This document shows positions 25,508 to 38,394 of a stretch of DNA of 64,000 nt, piece by piece. The notes under the pieces were generated by a model. That model saw only the letters and a list, made by a program, of their open reading frames with translations, was not told where the DNA came from and ran no database searches. This DNA is from Mytilus californianus (lineage: Eukaryota): assembly GCF_021869535.1 (NCBI RefSeq), contig NW_026262745.1, positions 86,738,001-86,802,000 on the forward strand. Reading direction: 5' to 3'. Positions within the stretch are counted from its first letter, which is position 1, and each line of letters starts with the position of its first letter. The position numbers were made by a program, and so were the translations under genes.

Positions 25508-25900
25508 TTGATTTTTGATTGTTGGTTGCTTAACATCCAGTGGCAAATATTTCATGCATGTTCAGGACGAGAACAAATTAACAATGAATACAATAGGTAG
25601 GTCCTGTAATAGAGGCCGTCCGGGATGAAGGTCGGGGAAATTTGGACTGCCACGGGAAAATAAGGGTATAAAGGATCAGGACAGAAATTTAGCCTTGCAA
25701 CAGGCCACCTACGGACCCCTCAAAGAGTTGTTGCAAGGGTTCTTAACGTGCAAAGAACGTGGCACTCTCTTTACACGAAGCATCGGATTTAACGTCCCCA
25801 TTCTGACCGGACGTGATTGCGAACTTGTACACCCCGCACAGCCAAACGGACGCCCCACTTTAGCGAGGGTTTTACTGCCGGTCGGAGGAAGACCAATGGT
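25508..25900 (-). mobile_element. SINE-like repeat (MetaSINE-like central motif, caat-repeat tail)
   Basis: Minus strand contains gcacgttaagaaccc and ends gatgttaagcaaccaacaatcaa. It is GC-richer than the flanks. A tRNA head was not recognised. Confidence 0.5.
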
Positions 25901-26350
25901 GACCATATTTATATTCCCCAGTCACCCTTTGGGGCCAGTAAGAACAAAGAGATTTTGCTTATGCTATGTGTTAAATAAAGTTGTTTATCAATTTGTCCAA
26001 AATGCGTATACAATAGTTGCCACTGAAATTAATAAATGATCCCTGAATCTTTTAAGCATTCAAGTTATATATAGGTCATTTCGATTTTTGGCACTGAAAC
26101 GGATTCGAAATTTTCTCCCAACCTTACATGTAAACCAAATTCAGAAATAAGCATTTATTCCGTAGATACTGGCTTCAACAAGATTTTAAGACTTCTGGGT
26201 ACTTGATCCGTTTAAAAAAATCTTAAATACCACTTCCTTGAAAATCAAAAATTTGTTTTTTTTTTATAAGTAAAATTTAGCAAACCTTTTCAAGTTAATG
26301 TTGAAATAGGAAACGTATTATTAATACATTTGCAATTACTTTTTTTACAG

Positions 26351-26486
26351 TTTGCTGACGAGTGTTTCTGTGGTAACAATCTGAACACTGATCAGTTCAT
26401 ATCAGTTCCAGAAAGCGACTGTAACATGAAATGTAGTGGAGAAAACAGGATGTGTGGATCAGGTCATAGGAATTCCGTTTACAGAG
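26351..26486 (+). CDS. WSC-domain protein, coding exon 3
   Basis: Acceptor tttacag; FADECFCGNNLNTDQFISVPESDCNMKCSGENRMCGSGHRNSVYR; donor gtatgc. This is the WSC C-terminal half; phases 0/1. Confidence 0.9.
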
Positions 26487-26629
26487 GTATGCTGGATATT
26501 TAGGGAGATAAAACTAATCACGAAGACAAAAGCAAAGGAAGATATGCACGATACACTGTGCTCATTATGAAACCAAACATACTAGTATGATTTTCATTAA
26601 GTTTGTGATTGATTTCATACCACTAATCC

Positions 26630-26868
26630 ATATGATGAGGGGTCGTATAGGGATAAAGGAACATTGGAAGTATACAGGGGGCAGGAAGAGAGAGTCAGGG
26701 AAAATAATGTGGGAGTCATGGGGGCGGGAATCGGAGAAAAGGGTGAGTAAAAAAAGTGATATTCTGGTAAAAAAAATTTGAACGAGTTGGGAGTAGAGGA
26801 TGAGGGGAGTGGGAGTTGAGGGTAGGAAGTGGGAATCAGGGGCCCCCTATCAATCTTCTCATATATGA
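26630..26868. repeat. Purine/G-rich interspersed repeat in WSC intron 3
   Basis: gggagt/ggagaaaaggg runs with weak terminal inverted similarity. Confidence 0.4.
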
Positions 26869-27436
26869 TCGTCGTAGCTGTAACTAAGACTTGCATGTAA
26901 AGGGTAATGACAAGAATACATAGAAAATAACAGCTTTTGGGCAATCATTATTTGCAGTTGACTCTTAGATATAATCGCCATAAAAAAAACTGTCAAAAGA
27001 TCTACTGCCCTGTTGTTTTTGAGACTATAAAAAAAGCTTCAGGTAACGAACTTTAGAAAAGTATGGTCTGTTGATTATATGTATTATTATTATCATTTTC
27101 TTCAAAACTGTGCGAGAAGCAACTTGAATTTATCTTTATACGAAATTCAGATGACTATTCATTTCTAGAATTGATTTTAAAAGTTTCATCTTTTCAAATG
27201 CATTTTTACTATGACTGCTTCAGTAACGTTCATGAACATAAGTATTATACACAGACAGGAATAGCTGTTTTATTTAAAGAATGGTTTATTGATGCTGGAA
27301 AAATAAATTCATTCCGTTTTTTTTTTACGTCAAACGTATCAATTTGAATTGTAACAATACAGGGGATCTAATAAAAATTCGATCTCGCTGCTTTATTTAG
27401 CATATTGTAGGTTAAGCAAAAGATTAATATATAAAG

Positions 27437-27740
27437 ATAAGAAGATGAGGTATGATAACCAATGAGACAACTCTCCACCAGATTCCAAATAAAAAACGTA
27501 GAAGTTGACAACTAACATAAAAATAAGAAGATGCGGTATGATTGCCAATGAGACAACTCTCCACCAGAAACTTAATGGCATAGAAGTTAACAACAATATT
27601 TTACCGTACGGCCTTCAACAATGGGCAAAACCCATACAGCATAGTCAGCTATAAAATGCCCAGAAATGGAAAACAATTCAAACGAGAAAACCAACGGCCT
27701 GATTTATGTACAAAACAATGAACGAAAAACAAATATGATA
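27437..27740 (-). mobile_element. PLE 3' tail with a duplicated terminal ~80 bp
   Basis: aagaagatg(a/c)ggtatga...ccaatgagacaactctccaccaga occurs twice, at about 27440 and 27527. Confidence 0.75.
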
Positions 27741-27766
27741 TATAATGTATTCTTTTTATTTTTCAG

Positions 27767-27777
27767 TACCATTTTGA
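27767..27777 (+). CDS. WSC-domain protein, terminal coding exon (VPF*)
   Basis: Strong acceptor tttttatttttcag, phase-compatible, AATAAA at 27852-57. The joined CDS is 384 nt (127 aa plus stop). Confidence 0.65.
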
Positions 27778-28712
27778 TATGCTGGTTATTGTTAACTCGA
27801 AGTGACTGGAAAGATGCAACGACAATTGTTTTTCATTGCCTTTTATTAAGCAATAAAATATTTTGGTACACATTAATTGTAGTAAGATTCAAATATTTAT
27901 TAGCACTGATTGATTCGGTCAATGGTCATTTGCATGCACCGAAAACCTTTGGTATTTTGTTGTTGGGTCACTGTCACATGACATTCAACCACCAATAATT
28001 TTCGTTTTATCATCACACATTTTAATTTTTCAGACAACTTGATTACAATGATTACTGGTGATAAATGTGGTCGGTTGTACTGTCCAACGTTTTTGCATTG
28101 GAAACTAAAAGGGGCCGGTATTAGTTGCCAAAAAAACATGCACATACAATTGACTCAATCAGAAACAGGTCTATCTGTTGGCTGCCTTGTTTTACTTTTC
28201 AGTTTTGACATTCATTTCGTTTTAATAACAAAGTTTTTTTACAATCAAATATTCTTGAAATTCAGTTTTTGGTTTTACTATTTATGTTTACACTATGGAA
28301 TGGAAGAACTAAAACGTGTTTTATATAAAAATCATTTAATTAAACGAATAAAAACAAATAGGTAAGATAAAAATCTGATATATCTGGTATTCTTTACAAA
28401 GATTTACAGGACACATTTCAGATAATGGAACTATTCCTGTCTTCTCAAAACCAATTGCTCTTCTGTTATTTTTAGAATCAGATAAAAGATGAAATATTTG
28501 TTAATTACTTCTATCACGTCTATGTAAATTCATTTTGTACTGCAACTAGTTGTGTTTATTTCCTATATATATTAACAAAGCTATATTTTCTGCAATGTCA
28601 ATTTCACCATGGAACACTTTTTCCACAATCAGGGGTACATTTAGGGATGAAAATAAGTTTGAAATTTGTGTTACAATTCAAATAGCTATCAATGTATTAA
28701 TTTAAGTTGCAG

Positions 28713-28869
28713 TATAAAAACAATCTTAGGTCAATGTCAGAAAAATATAAACTTTTTTGTATTCGGCACAAGACTGTGGAAGAGCTCTGTAAAACCTCGC
28801 CTTTCCCCAGTTTCTCAGCCTCATACAAAAAAAAAATATTTTTCTGACATTGACCTAATATTGTATATA
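28713..28869. repeat. ~155-bp fold-back palindrome (MITE-like)
   Basis: ttaggtcaatgtcagaaaaatat...ttttgtat pairs with atacaaaa...atatttttctgacattgacctaa. Confidence 0.8.
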
Positions 28870-29659
28870 CATTACATCTTTCTACGTACTAATGTCATCT
28901 CGGAGAGATAAAGATGTAACATAACTTATATATTATCTGCTCAAACTGTCAAACAGATCAAATCTTCGTAAATTTAGTCGTGTAACAAGATTTACGTAGA
29001 AGTGTTATCAGTTATTAGTAAAAAAATCAGGTTTCAGCAATTTAAAAAGCAGAACATCAAACCAACTGAACAAAACACGCTCAACTGAAATACATTGAAA
29101 CACGTAAAGATCAAAGTTACTGTATCAAATGGCAATAACAAGGAAATACACTTTCATGAACTATAATTACTGAATATTATTACACACTGAACAAGACAAT
29201 TCAAACATACGAGATGCTCGGATTAAAGCAAGAACAAATAAATGACTGATATAACGACAATATTTTACTTCAAAAATAAGGAATATAGAAAAATGAGCAA
29301 AAATATAAAAAAATAGAGAATAATTGGGTGCTAAAGAATAAAGAATAGCTGTCGGATATAAAAGAATTAGGTTATAAAATACTGATTACAGAAAGGAATG
29401 ATGTACAGAATAAAGAAATCATCTACTCTCAGAAAAATTTAATAGTAAAACAAATTTAATGATAATTTTATTATAAGAATACATGTTACCTTTTTCACAC
29501 ATATAGATTGTTTTATTTGCCTTACACATAGTTCTCTCCGTCGTATTAAGCCACTCCTATACATTCGTTAAAGATAATGTTTTGGGGTATCCTGCAGCAC
29601 AAATACGGATTCAAATAAGAGTTGAAAATATCAGACTTTTTTTCTTCCTTACCCGCGCT

Positions 29660-29772
29660 AATTCGAATTCTAATTTTAACTAGTCGAACTTTAACTCGAA
29701 ATTTAACTTCAGTCGAACTCTAATTCGAACTTGAACTCGAACTCTAGCACGAACTTTAACTCCAACTCTAAC
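29660..29772. repeat. Degenerate 6-bp-period repeat (tcgaac/tttaac)
   Basis: cgaactttaactcgaaatttaacttcagtcgaactctaattcgaacttgaactcgaac. Confidence 0.6.
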
Positions 29773-31589
29773 AGATTGAGATGGATCATTTCAGATAGCA
29801 CTTCACTGATAAACAAGGTTAAATTTCTTCGACATTTTAGAGAAAAAAATGTATTCATCCATTTAATTAAACGATGTCCTGAATACGGGCCTGTTTAGGC
29901 TCTTTTTTATAAATAGCCTTAAGAACAGTTGTATTATTTGAAGGACTTTAAATTGAAACTAATGAATACAGATGACATTTTATTGAATTTAATGTCAGTT
30001 TAAACAGATATACAAGTATATACGGTATCACATGATTCAAACGGCCATAGTTACATTACATTACATTTGCGTGCATTAATTTCATCTTTATACACATCAG
30101 TCTAATTAACATATAGATCTCTGATTTCGTTATTCTATAATGAAATATAACACTCGTGCGTATGTGTAGTTTCACTTTTGAATGATTTCGCACCTGATTT
30201 TTCAACCAATCAGAATGTGACTTACCGAATGTGGAAAATGCACCCAGAACAAAAATTTGAGCGTGCTTCATTGAAATGACCCGAAAGTCTTCAAAGAGAA
30301 AAACAAATCGGAATGGCAAGTTTCTCACTTCGAGGGAAGCATATCTCATCAACCTTTGTCATCGTAATAACACCACACAATTACATTTAGTTAACACATT
30401 CTGACAGTAGATAATACTATAACCATGAATAATTGAAATCCGTGCCGTTTGTCACAGTCTTCAGTTGTACCTAAAAGCATTATTCATGTCTTGACCCTCG
30501 AACTTTAGGTCGGATTGGCTTGTAATATTGACTGGGACATAATATATAATCGTTTGAAAGTACCAAGAAAAAAATTTTTTTTTGGTCTTATATTCTATGA
30601 GTTAGTCAGTGTCCGCTTTCATTTTCATGTTTTACTTTCAATAACAAAAAAAGAAAAGACAACAAGTGTGAAGGTGGAAAAGGGGGGGGGGGGGTGTAGG
30701 CAATCACATGGGGATATTTTGGTTTTTTTTATCTAGAAGGTCGCCTGGTTGTAGGGAATATTTGAAAAAATACTTAAATGCTTCATTTGTTTTCCTGGAT
30801 AATAGAAGTTTGTTTTGTGCATTGAACAAGATCATGTCCTCCTATGCTGTTAACGGTGAATTACAGGAATAGATATCACGTTTTTTTATTTTTATTAAGG
30901 AGTTATTTGTCTATCACACTTCAAAATACTTTTTATCATTCATAATTTCAGTAGGCTTGTGCTTTTCACAAAACGTTTGAAAAAATGCATTACTTAGATC
31001 TCACATTTTTACCATGCAGTAATCAGTGATTCGCAATAATAAATGCAGGCATTAATTTTTGAATTTACAGTTTTGTCTCTACATGTAAATGTCTTATGAT
31101 TTTTGTAGTTTGGTTGCTGTCTCAATATAAAAGTCATTGATGTATAACCCACATTTTTTATTCATATCTGTACAAGTTATCTTTTTACAACCCCTGCATT
31201 TCTTCTCAACCAAATATATTTGTACTAATAGGTATACATGTCTTCTACCTACTCAAATACAACTTAGCTAACACAGCTGCTGAATTAAAATCCCTATGTC
31301 TCCTATTCTGAGCGAGACAATCAGGACATCAAAGAAAACAAGAAAAAAACATGTTACAATGTTCTATATGTATATGTAGAAGACAAGGAATTTTCACCTA
31401 GCTTTTATTTCACAAATTTGGAGGCATTCTGGGAATTAAGTTGTCATTTAGGCTACATAATCCTAGTCGGTGAATAAAAAAAGTATATATAATTATTGTG
31501 AGGAACAAGAGTATACACGCTAAAAATGAAATGTCTGGCCTGCTTCACTATAATCATGATTGAATTTATGTTGAAATATAAAAAAATAA

Positions 31590-31740
31590 GAAGATGTGGT
31601 ATGATTGCCAATGAGACAACTCAGATGTGATATGATTGCCAATGAGACAACTCAGATGTGGTATGATTGCCAATGAGACAACTCAGATGTGGTATGATTG
31701 CCAATGAGACAACCCTCCACAAGAGACCAAATAACACAGA
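31590..31740 (-). repeat. PLE tail with its terminal 31 nt reiterated four times
   Basis: gatgtggtatgattgccaatgagacaactca starts at 31593, 31624, 31655 and 31686. Confidence 0.9.
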
Positions 31741-32759
31741 AAGTCTGTACTACGAAGGTTTTACTACAACCTTCACATACGCTAAACATTATTAACGATC
31801 AATGTAAATGAGGCTGACAGGTCAGGTAAACCATGTTTGATGGACATGTAGACCTTGTAAAGATCCCATATATCAAATATAGTTATCCTTTTACTCATAA
31901 TAAGTGAAAATTTCACATGACAAAAAAACTAAACATTTTTTCAAGCAGTAACTGAACCATGCAAATGAGGTCAAAGACAATGGATATAACAGACACAAGT
32001 CACTTGCATACAAGGTATGACACATCTAAGTCTTCTATATGTACCTTTTGAAAAAGAAATATTTATACAAATAGTTTAAGCTGTCGCCGCCATATAGTAA
32101 TCCCTATGTCTCTCATTCTACAGGCGAGTCAAACATGAACTAGAAAGACAAAGTGTGTGATTTATCTGCTTGGCAACGGATGTATTGCATTTCAAAAGAG
32201 AAACTTGTTACAAAATGTCTAGGCAATATTGGACTATTTTTTTAAGGTCGCCATTACAATGACAACATGGTGATGCGTGTGTGTCGACTTATGAGAGACT
32301 TTTCTTGTTCTAAGATCGCAAGATATCGAAAAAGTGAATAGCGAATAGAACATACTCGAAGTGATGGCAACAGCTCACTTTGTCCATAGGACCTGGTGAG
32401 CGAAAAAAAGTGCTTTCTGATATGTAAATGTGAATCTAGTTTTCAGTTCCAGTTGAATATTTATTTTGGAAAACAAGTACAATTTTTTATGGCGTTATAC
32501 ATCAGATTTTTGATGATTTGTAGCGCATGTGTAGGACAAAAACCGGTAGCAATGTATTTACAAATAGTGCCCAAAATGAATAATAAATATGAAAATGTGG
32601 TTAAAACTACTTGCATAACAACTAGAAATTACTGTTCTATTTTGTAGAGAACAGTAGATGTCAGCTGTTCTCTTAAAATACTTATTGTAGGGGAAAGTGC
32701 TGCATTTGTAGGAAGTAAGTTCCATTTTGTGATAGTAAACTTTAATATTTGTAGCAGTC

Positions 32760-33130
32760 CTTGTTCTTATGTTGTACTGTTACACCACTGTCCCAGGTTA
32801 GGGAAGGGTTGGCTCCTTCAAACATGTTTAACCCAGCTACATTCTTTTTTGCATGTCACAAGTCAGGAGCCTGTAATTCAGTGCAGTGGTTGTATTTGGT
32901 TCATGTCTGTCGTATTTGATATTCGTAAATTGTTTTGCTATATATTAGGCCGTAAGTTTTCTCAATTGAATTTTTTTATATTTTTCTTTTCGGGACCTGT
33001 TATAGCTGACAATACGATATGGGTTTTTTTCATTGTTGAATGCCGTCCGGTTACCTATAACTGCTTACATCCACTTCATTTGATCTTTGATGGATAGTTG
33101 TCTCATTGGCAATCATACCACATCTCGTTT
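32760..33130 (+). mobile_element. Older PLE 3' tail fragment, tail-to-tail with the 33268 element
   Basis: aagtcaggagcctgtaattcagt...gttgtctcattggcaatcataccacatctc. Confidence 0.7.
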
Positions 33131-33267
33131 TTTATATTTAAATGCAAGAAGATATCTGTATGTGTATGAATAGATTTGCCTTGTTCTAGTGTCTGTTGGT
33201 AATCGCAATACTGTAGGTACTGCGACAATATGGTGTACAATTATTATGTAAAACGTCATAATATTGA

Positions 33268-34745
33268 TATAAGAAGATGTGGTATGAGTGCCAATGAGAC
33301 AACTCTCCATCCAAGTCAAAATTTATAAAAGTAAACCATTATAGGTCACAGTACGGTCTTCAACACGGAGCCTTGGCTCACACCGAACAGTAAGCTATAA
33401 AGGGCCCCAAAAATTACTAGTGTAAAACCATTCAAACGGGAAAACCAACGGTCTAATCTATATAAAAAACGAGAAACGAGAAACACTTATGAACCACATC
33501 AACAAACGACAACTACTGAACATCAGATTCCTGACTTAGGACAGGTGTAAACAAATGCAGCGGGTTTAAACGTTTTAATGGTACCAAACCTTCACCCTTT
33601 TTCCGAAACAATAGTGTAACATCACAAAGTAGAAAGACACACTATAAAATATCAACTGAAATAGCTTAACTCAATCGAAGGACATATTAACACCACTGAA
33701 CATACACTGAACAAATAAATTTGACCTATGATACAAGGTAAATACAAAATAAATAAACTAAGGGAAGAATAATAAAAGTAACATGTTATATCGGTATGAA
33801 ATGTTAAACAATTAAAGAAAAACAATATGCTCGAACAAAAATATCAGCCATTTGCAATAACTTTAAACACAGGTAAATGAAAATAATTGTGTTGTTAGGT
33901 ATACGTGTACAGTTCTAATAGAGAAAGGAAATATTTTTACAAAATAGATAATTTTGATGTTCATAGTACGAAGTGAAAATTTATAGTAATACCAAACACT
34001 TATCAAAGCTGGTATATAGACCAGATATAACCCTGAATAACATTAAATAACAAAAAAGCAATACAATTAGTATCAACAGGTCAAATAAACAAGAAAGTAC
34101 GATTTGAGAGTACTCGCAGTTACTGACAGCTAGTTAAAAGCCAAAACAATTAATAATAAAATATCATGCATCAGAGACTAAAATCAACTAAAACACATCC
34201 CAGGGAATTAGTATTTTAACGTCATTGACAGTCAAAGAAGACATGACTAGTGCAATGCCAAAAATAAATGTATCGACAGACAGTAGGATAGTTAGGAGTT
34301 TAACCTCTTTATAGATCAAAACGAACGTGGGTGTGTCTTTATACATCCCGTTTGGAAAGAATACAAATTTAGTTATGTTTTAATTTGCTGATGACAAAAT
34401 CGATATTAGTGCCAATGTAAACTATATTCAAAGATCTGATTACAACATTGGTAAGATAACCTTTACTAATAAGTTTGTTTAAAGGTTCGATGACTTACAC
34501 GGATCACATAGTGATTTCCGCGCTTCAAGTACAATATTACCGTAAAATTTAGGATGTGAAATACCGTTTTTAATCAGTTTTCTACAAGTACAGCCAAATT
34601 TACTAATCAAATCTTTGTATCTATGAAAGAACTTAGCAAAAGTTTTACGTAATTTATGGTAACGAAATCCCTGACTTAATAATTTACCAGTGATGCATTG
34701 ATTACGTTCGTTGAAATCTATGACATCACTACACACACAGGTTTT
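33268..34745 (-). mobile_element. Naiad-type family C: RT thumb plus ~1.1-kb 3' UTR
   Basis: ORF 34479-34793 (VCSDVIDFNERNQCITGKLLSQGFRY...). The coding end is ISKLKHN* near 34370, and the UTR runs to the aagaagatgtggtatgag terminus. Confidence 0.85.
34183..34225 (-). promoter_or_regulatory. SECIS element in the family C 3' UTR
   Basis: Minus strand reads ATGAC-GTTAAAATACT-AA-TTCCCTGGGAT-GTGTTTTAGT-TGAT. Helix II pairs 10/10 including G-U; lower helix GACT/AGTC. Confidence 0.75.
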
Positions 34746-36986
34746 AAAGCTGCTTCGATGTAATAAATTAGGCCAGTTTGAAATACTAAGCATGCCTGTA
34801 ACGCTACTGGTATTGTGAAAAAGGTTATAGGCATACCTAGCTGCCCGTCTTTAGACCATCTCAAGTGTATTGCAGTGTTCTACAGTGTGGGGGTTCTAAA
34901 CCGAGCAAGCGTACTTAGGCGTCGGACCGACAAGTAATAAGTATGCCTGCGACTTGTTTGTGATTGATGTTTAACAGTTTCTTTTAAGGAAACCAATGCT
35001 TTTGTTTGTATTTGCGGTGAAATTGTTTATATGTTGAGTCCACATAAAGTCAGAATGGCGAATGATGCCAAGATATTTTGCTGAGGAAATAGATTCCTAT
35101 GCATGGTTTTGAAGAATGTAATGATATTAGATTGGATTTTTTCTTGTTCGATGCAGTGAGGACTGTGTTAAGATATTTTCATTTTATTTTAATGTGTACT
35201 TGCTACTTATTACACAATCTTACATTTTGAACAGTTTATGTGTTCCAACCCTACACTCGTATTGCAGCGTTTGAAGATAGATCACTTGTACCGACAACAG
35301 TTCAATCTTCAACATCACAGAGAACAAATAAAAGGGGGGGGGGGGGGGCATGACCCCGCCATATGCAGAAAAATTCGAGCATATATGCATATATATACCT
35401 TGCACTATTCATAATGTATGATCCTGTATCCAGGTTTGCTTTCAGTTCCAGGCTGTACGTTAATACTTGCTTTTCAAATAAAGATTCCACTGAACATATC
35501 ACCAAATTTCATGTAAAACTGTAGGTCGTTGGCAAGGACGATTCTGATTGGTCGATATAGATTATTTGGAAGGTCAGTTGTTACGTCACGAAAGGTCTTA
35601 GAAGTGAAACCTCGAATACGAGAACGCGAGTTAGATCTGAATTTTAATCAGATTGTAAACAAATGCAAATTACATTCATTTATATCAATATTAGTTGAAC
35701 TTGGCACAATAATTTATAAAATAAGAGAGAAGATACCTAAAGAGAGCAAGTTTAAGTTATAAGTTATATATTTACCTCTCAACTAATATAATTGCCTGTC
35801 TAAGCCTCATGCTCTTCAACGTTGAGATTGAAGTGGAGTTTTGAGACGAATAATTCTGTATTATTATACGCATGTTAACCAAGCACTAAGCCTTGGAAAC
35901 ATAAAAACTAAAGTCACATAAAAGATAAAATTTTAGATCGCGAAAAGCAAATCTCAGGGAGTATTAGATTTTCAAAATTTCTGAAAATCTAATCTGACAG
36001 TTATTTTGAATTATCTTTCTATTTACCTGTTCAACATGTAAAATGATTACGCGCAAATATGATAAAATACTGCGCACAATCGTAAAATAAAATAAAACAG
36101 TTATCAAATGAACGCATATGTAATGCACCCGTTAGTGGTCATCACTTACCTTTACTATATTACACCATTATTAGTTCGAAAGCACAACTTGAGATATGGG
36201 GTATACCTAAATGAAACAGCAGCCAGTCACACTTAAAAAAATTAATAACCCTCTTCCATAAGTAAATATGTAGTATGTTTGCATTGCCTGTTCTTACTGT
36301 CATTCAGAGACCGACACTAGCCATGACATTATTTAGATTTACCTTCGGCATTTTACATCTTATAATTTCAATTCAATAACAAACAGCTGACTTTTAGTCG
36401 AACAAATGTAAAGTGTCGGAGCTTTTGTTCTGCATTTTTCATATTTTACTCATACATTTTTATTCAACACTGATTTTGTATAGGAAATCTAGCTGAATAT
36501 TTATGAACAAAAACTATTATTCAACATTTAAAATTAAACACAGATATTCTGAGACGAAAAAAAAACCAACAAAAAACAAAAAACAAACATGACAAATGGT
36601 GCTGTCAATTTTTCGTCCATGGTTTCTTCAAGTTGTCACCTTAAAAATAAATTAAAGTAGAATGGACTTATGATAGAAAAACTAAAAAAGTAGTTTATAA
36701 AACAAGATCTTTCGGTAAGTTATGCGAATATAAATACAATTTATATTTTCTACAAAGTTAGAAACAAAACTGTTTTCCTGCTTTTTTAATATTTTATTGA
36801 AGCATAAGTAGTGAATATGCTATTCTTCTAAGTTTTGTTTATATTTTCATTTCATGTTATATTGATGTAATCTTATGGTTTATGATTTCAGTTTAAATAA
36901 GCATAAAACCACAGATTAAATCATTCCGTCCGTATTGCTTGCCAATATAAACAGGTGTACAAAAGATTAGAGTGTTTATACAGACT

Positions 36987-37058
36987 AACCAATCACTGCA
37001 TTATGTAAAACAGTAAATCTTTTCTGTCAAAATGTCTCATTAGATTTAAAGTATAAAA
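36987..37058 (+). promoter_or_regulatory. Candidate CCAAT box and TATA box of the FREP-like gene
   Basis: aaccaatca at 36987-95 and tataaaa at 37052-58, 35 nt before the ATG at 37093. Confidence 0.35.
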
Positions 37059-37092
37059 TCTGGATCTTTTCACGAAAAAGTTTTATGTCAAT

Positions 37093-37429
37093 ATGGAGTT
37101 AAAGATGTTGCATGGATGTACACTTGTTCTAATCAGTATTTTACTCAGTGGAAAAGCTCGTGCGGATTCCTGCGAAAATGGCAACTGTTCAGCTGCAATT
37201 GACATCCCGCTAATTTCAAAGCTCAACGCACCACTAAAGGCAGAATTAGACATAACTAGTTTAACCAAACAGCTGAAAGAATTAATACAAAAGGAGGTAA
37301 AAGTGGCTGTATCTGTAGAGATGAAAGATTTTATGGAAAACATTTTGGATAAGAGAATACAAACTGCCCTGGACAGTTTCGGGAAATCTTATACTCTTAC
37401 AATATCAACTTTTATACAGAAAATAGAAG
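37093..37429 (+). CDS. Exon 1 of a secreted coiled-coil protein, probably the FREP whose last exon is at 48483
   Basis: Signal peptide MELKMLHGCTLVLISILLSGKARA, then CENGNC and a heptad-rich helix (LNAPLKAELDITSLTKQLKELIQKEV). Donor gtaag at 37430, phase 1. Confidence 0.7.
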
Positions 37430-37517
37430 GTAAGATCATGAAAAAATTATTAAGCACTTAACCTGCTTCAGAATCACATAGTTTTGAAATGGGATTATTG
37501 TTCTTCTTTTTTGGTAA

Positions 37518-37791
37518 GGTGGTACCAAACACTTTGACTAAAATTAATTTGGCTCGTTTAATTTTCATAAAATTTGGACAAAATATTTTCTTTGGCCCCT
37601 TGACAAAAATATAAAAATTTCAAAAAAATTGAACCACACACTTTATCGGAAAAAATTTCATTGGATATATAGCAATTGACAAACACTAGTTTTGATCATT
37701 GAGAAGATTAATATTTCCTTAACAATAGAACGTCATTAAAATGTTCAGCTGATTTTTACAGAGTTATCACCCTGAAGTGTTATGTACAACC
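37518..37791. mobile_element. 274-bp MITE with a TTAA-type target site (Kolobok/piggyBac-like)
   Basis: TIR ggtggtaccaaacac / gtgttatgtacaacc, flanked by gtaa and ttaa. Confidence 0.6.
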
Positions 37792-38394
37792 TTAACTATT
37801 TGGGAAATGGAGAACAAATGATTACATGTACTTCAATGCAATTGAACTCCGAAACAGTGGTAACGTCATCCTTGCTACGCTGCGAGCGAAGCAATGTCAC
37901 ATCTGGGTCGGGGTTTTCAGTGCAATCAGTTTTATCTATATCATAAATTACGTTGGATTTCATTTTAACTATGTATATTATACGTTCTTTCTAATGATTG
38001 AAAGGGTAATTCTATAAACTTAATCACATGTAACCCTTAATCACGTGTCTTTCCAAGACCAGGAACCTTTCTTTTGTCATACTTAACATGTTTGCTATCA
38101 TAAGGAATAACGCACTGACATCAGAAATTGTAAACCAACTTGTTTCAGCAGATTTTGCTGCGATTTGCATTCGCAATTTTTATATTTTGTTCATATATCT
38201 CCATAAGACCATAAGAGAAGATCAACCTTTGTCATGTGCGTGACTTTAATAATCTCATTAATTCTTCTAATGGCGAATATAAGTTGGTTTTCAATATTAT
38301 TTAATATTTTCTTACCTTAATCACATGTCCAAACTCTGAACCATAAACATATTGGCATATTGTAGACACCTATTTAAGCATTTAAAAAGTAATT

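Noticed and set aside
25695-26039. 114-aa and 65-aa ORFs in WSC intron 2
   Set aside because: They fall within a GC-richer SINE-like repeat and have no protein motifs.
26805-26843. Potential G-quadruplex in WSC intron 3
   Set aside because: Loops are long and irregular, and it is part of a common G-rich repeat. There is no evidence of function.
27775-27777. WSC gene TGA stop recoded by a nearby transposon SECIS
   Set aside because: There is no sense-strand SECIS before its AATAAA at 27852. The nearest one (34183) is antisense and more than 6 kb away.
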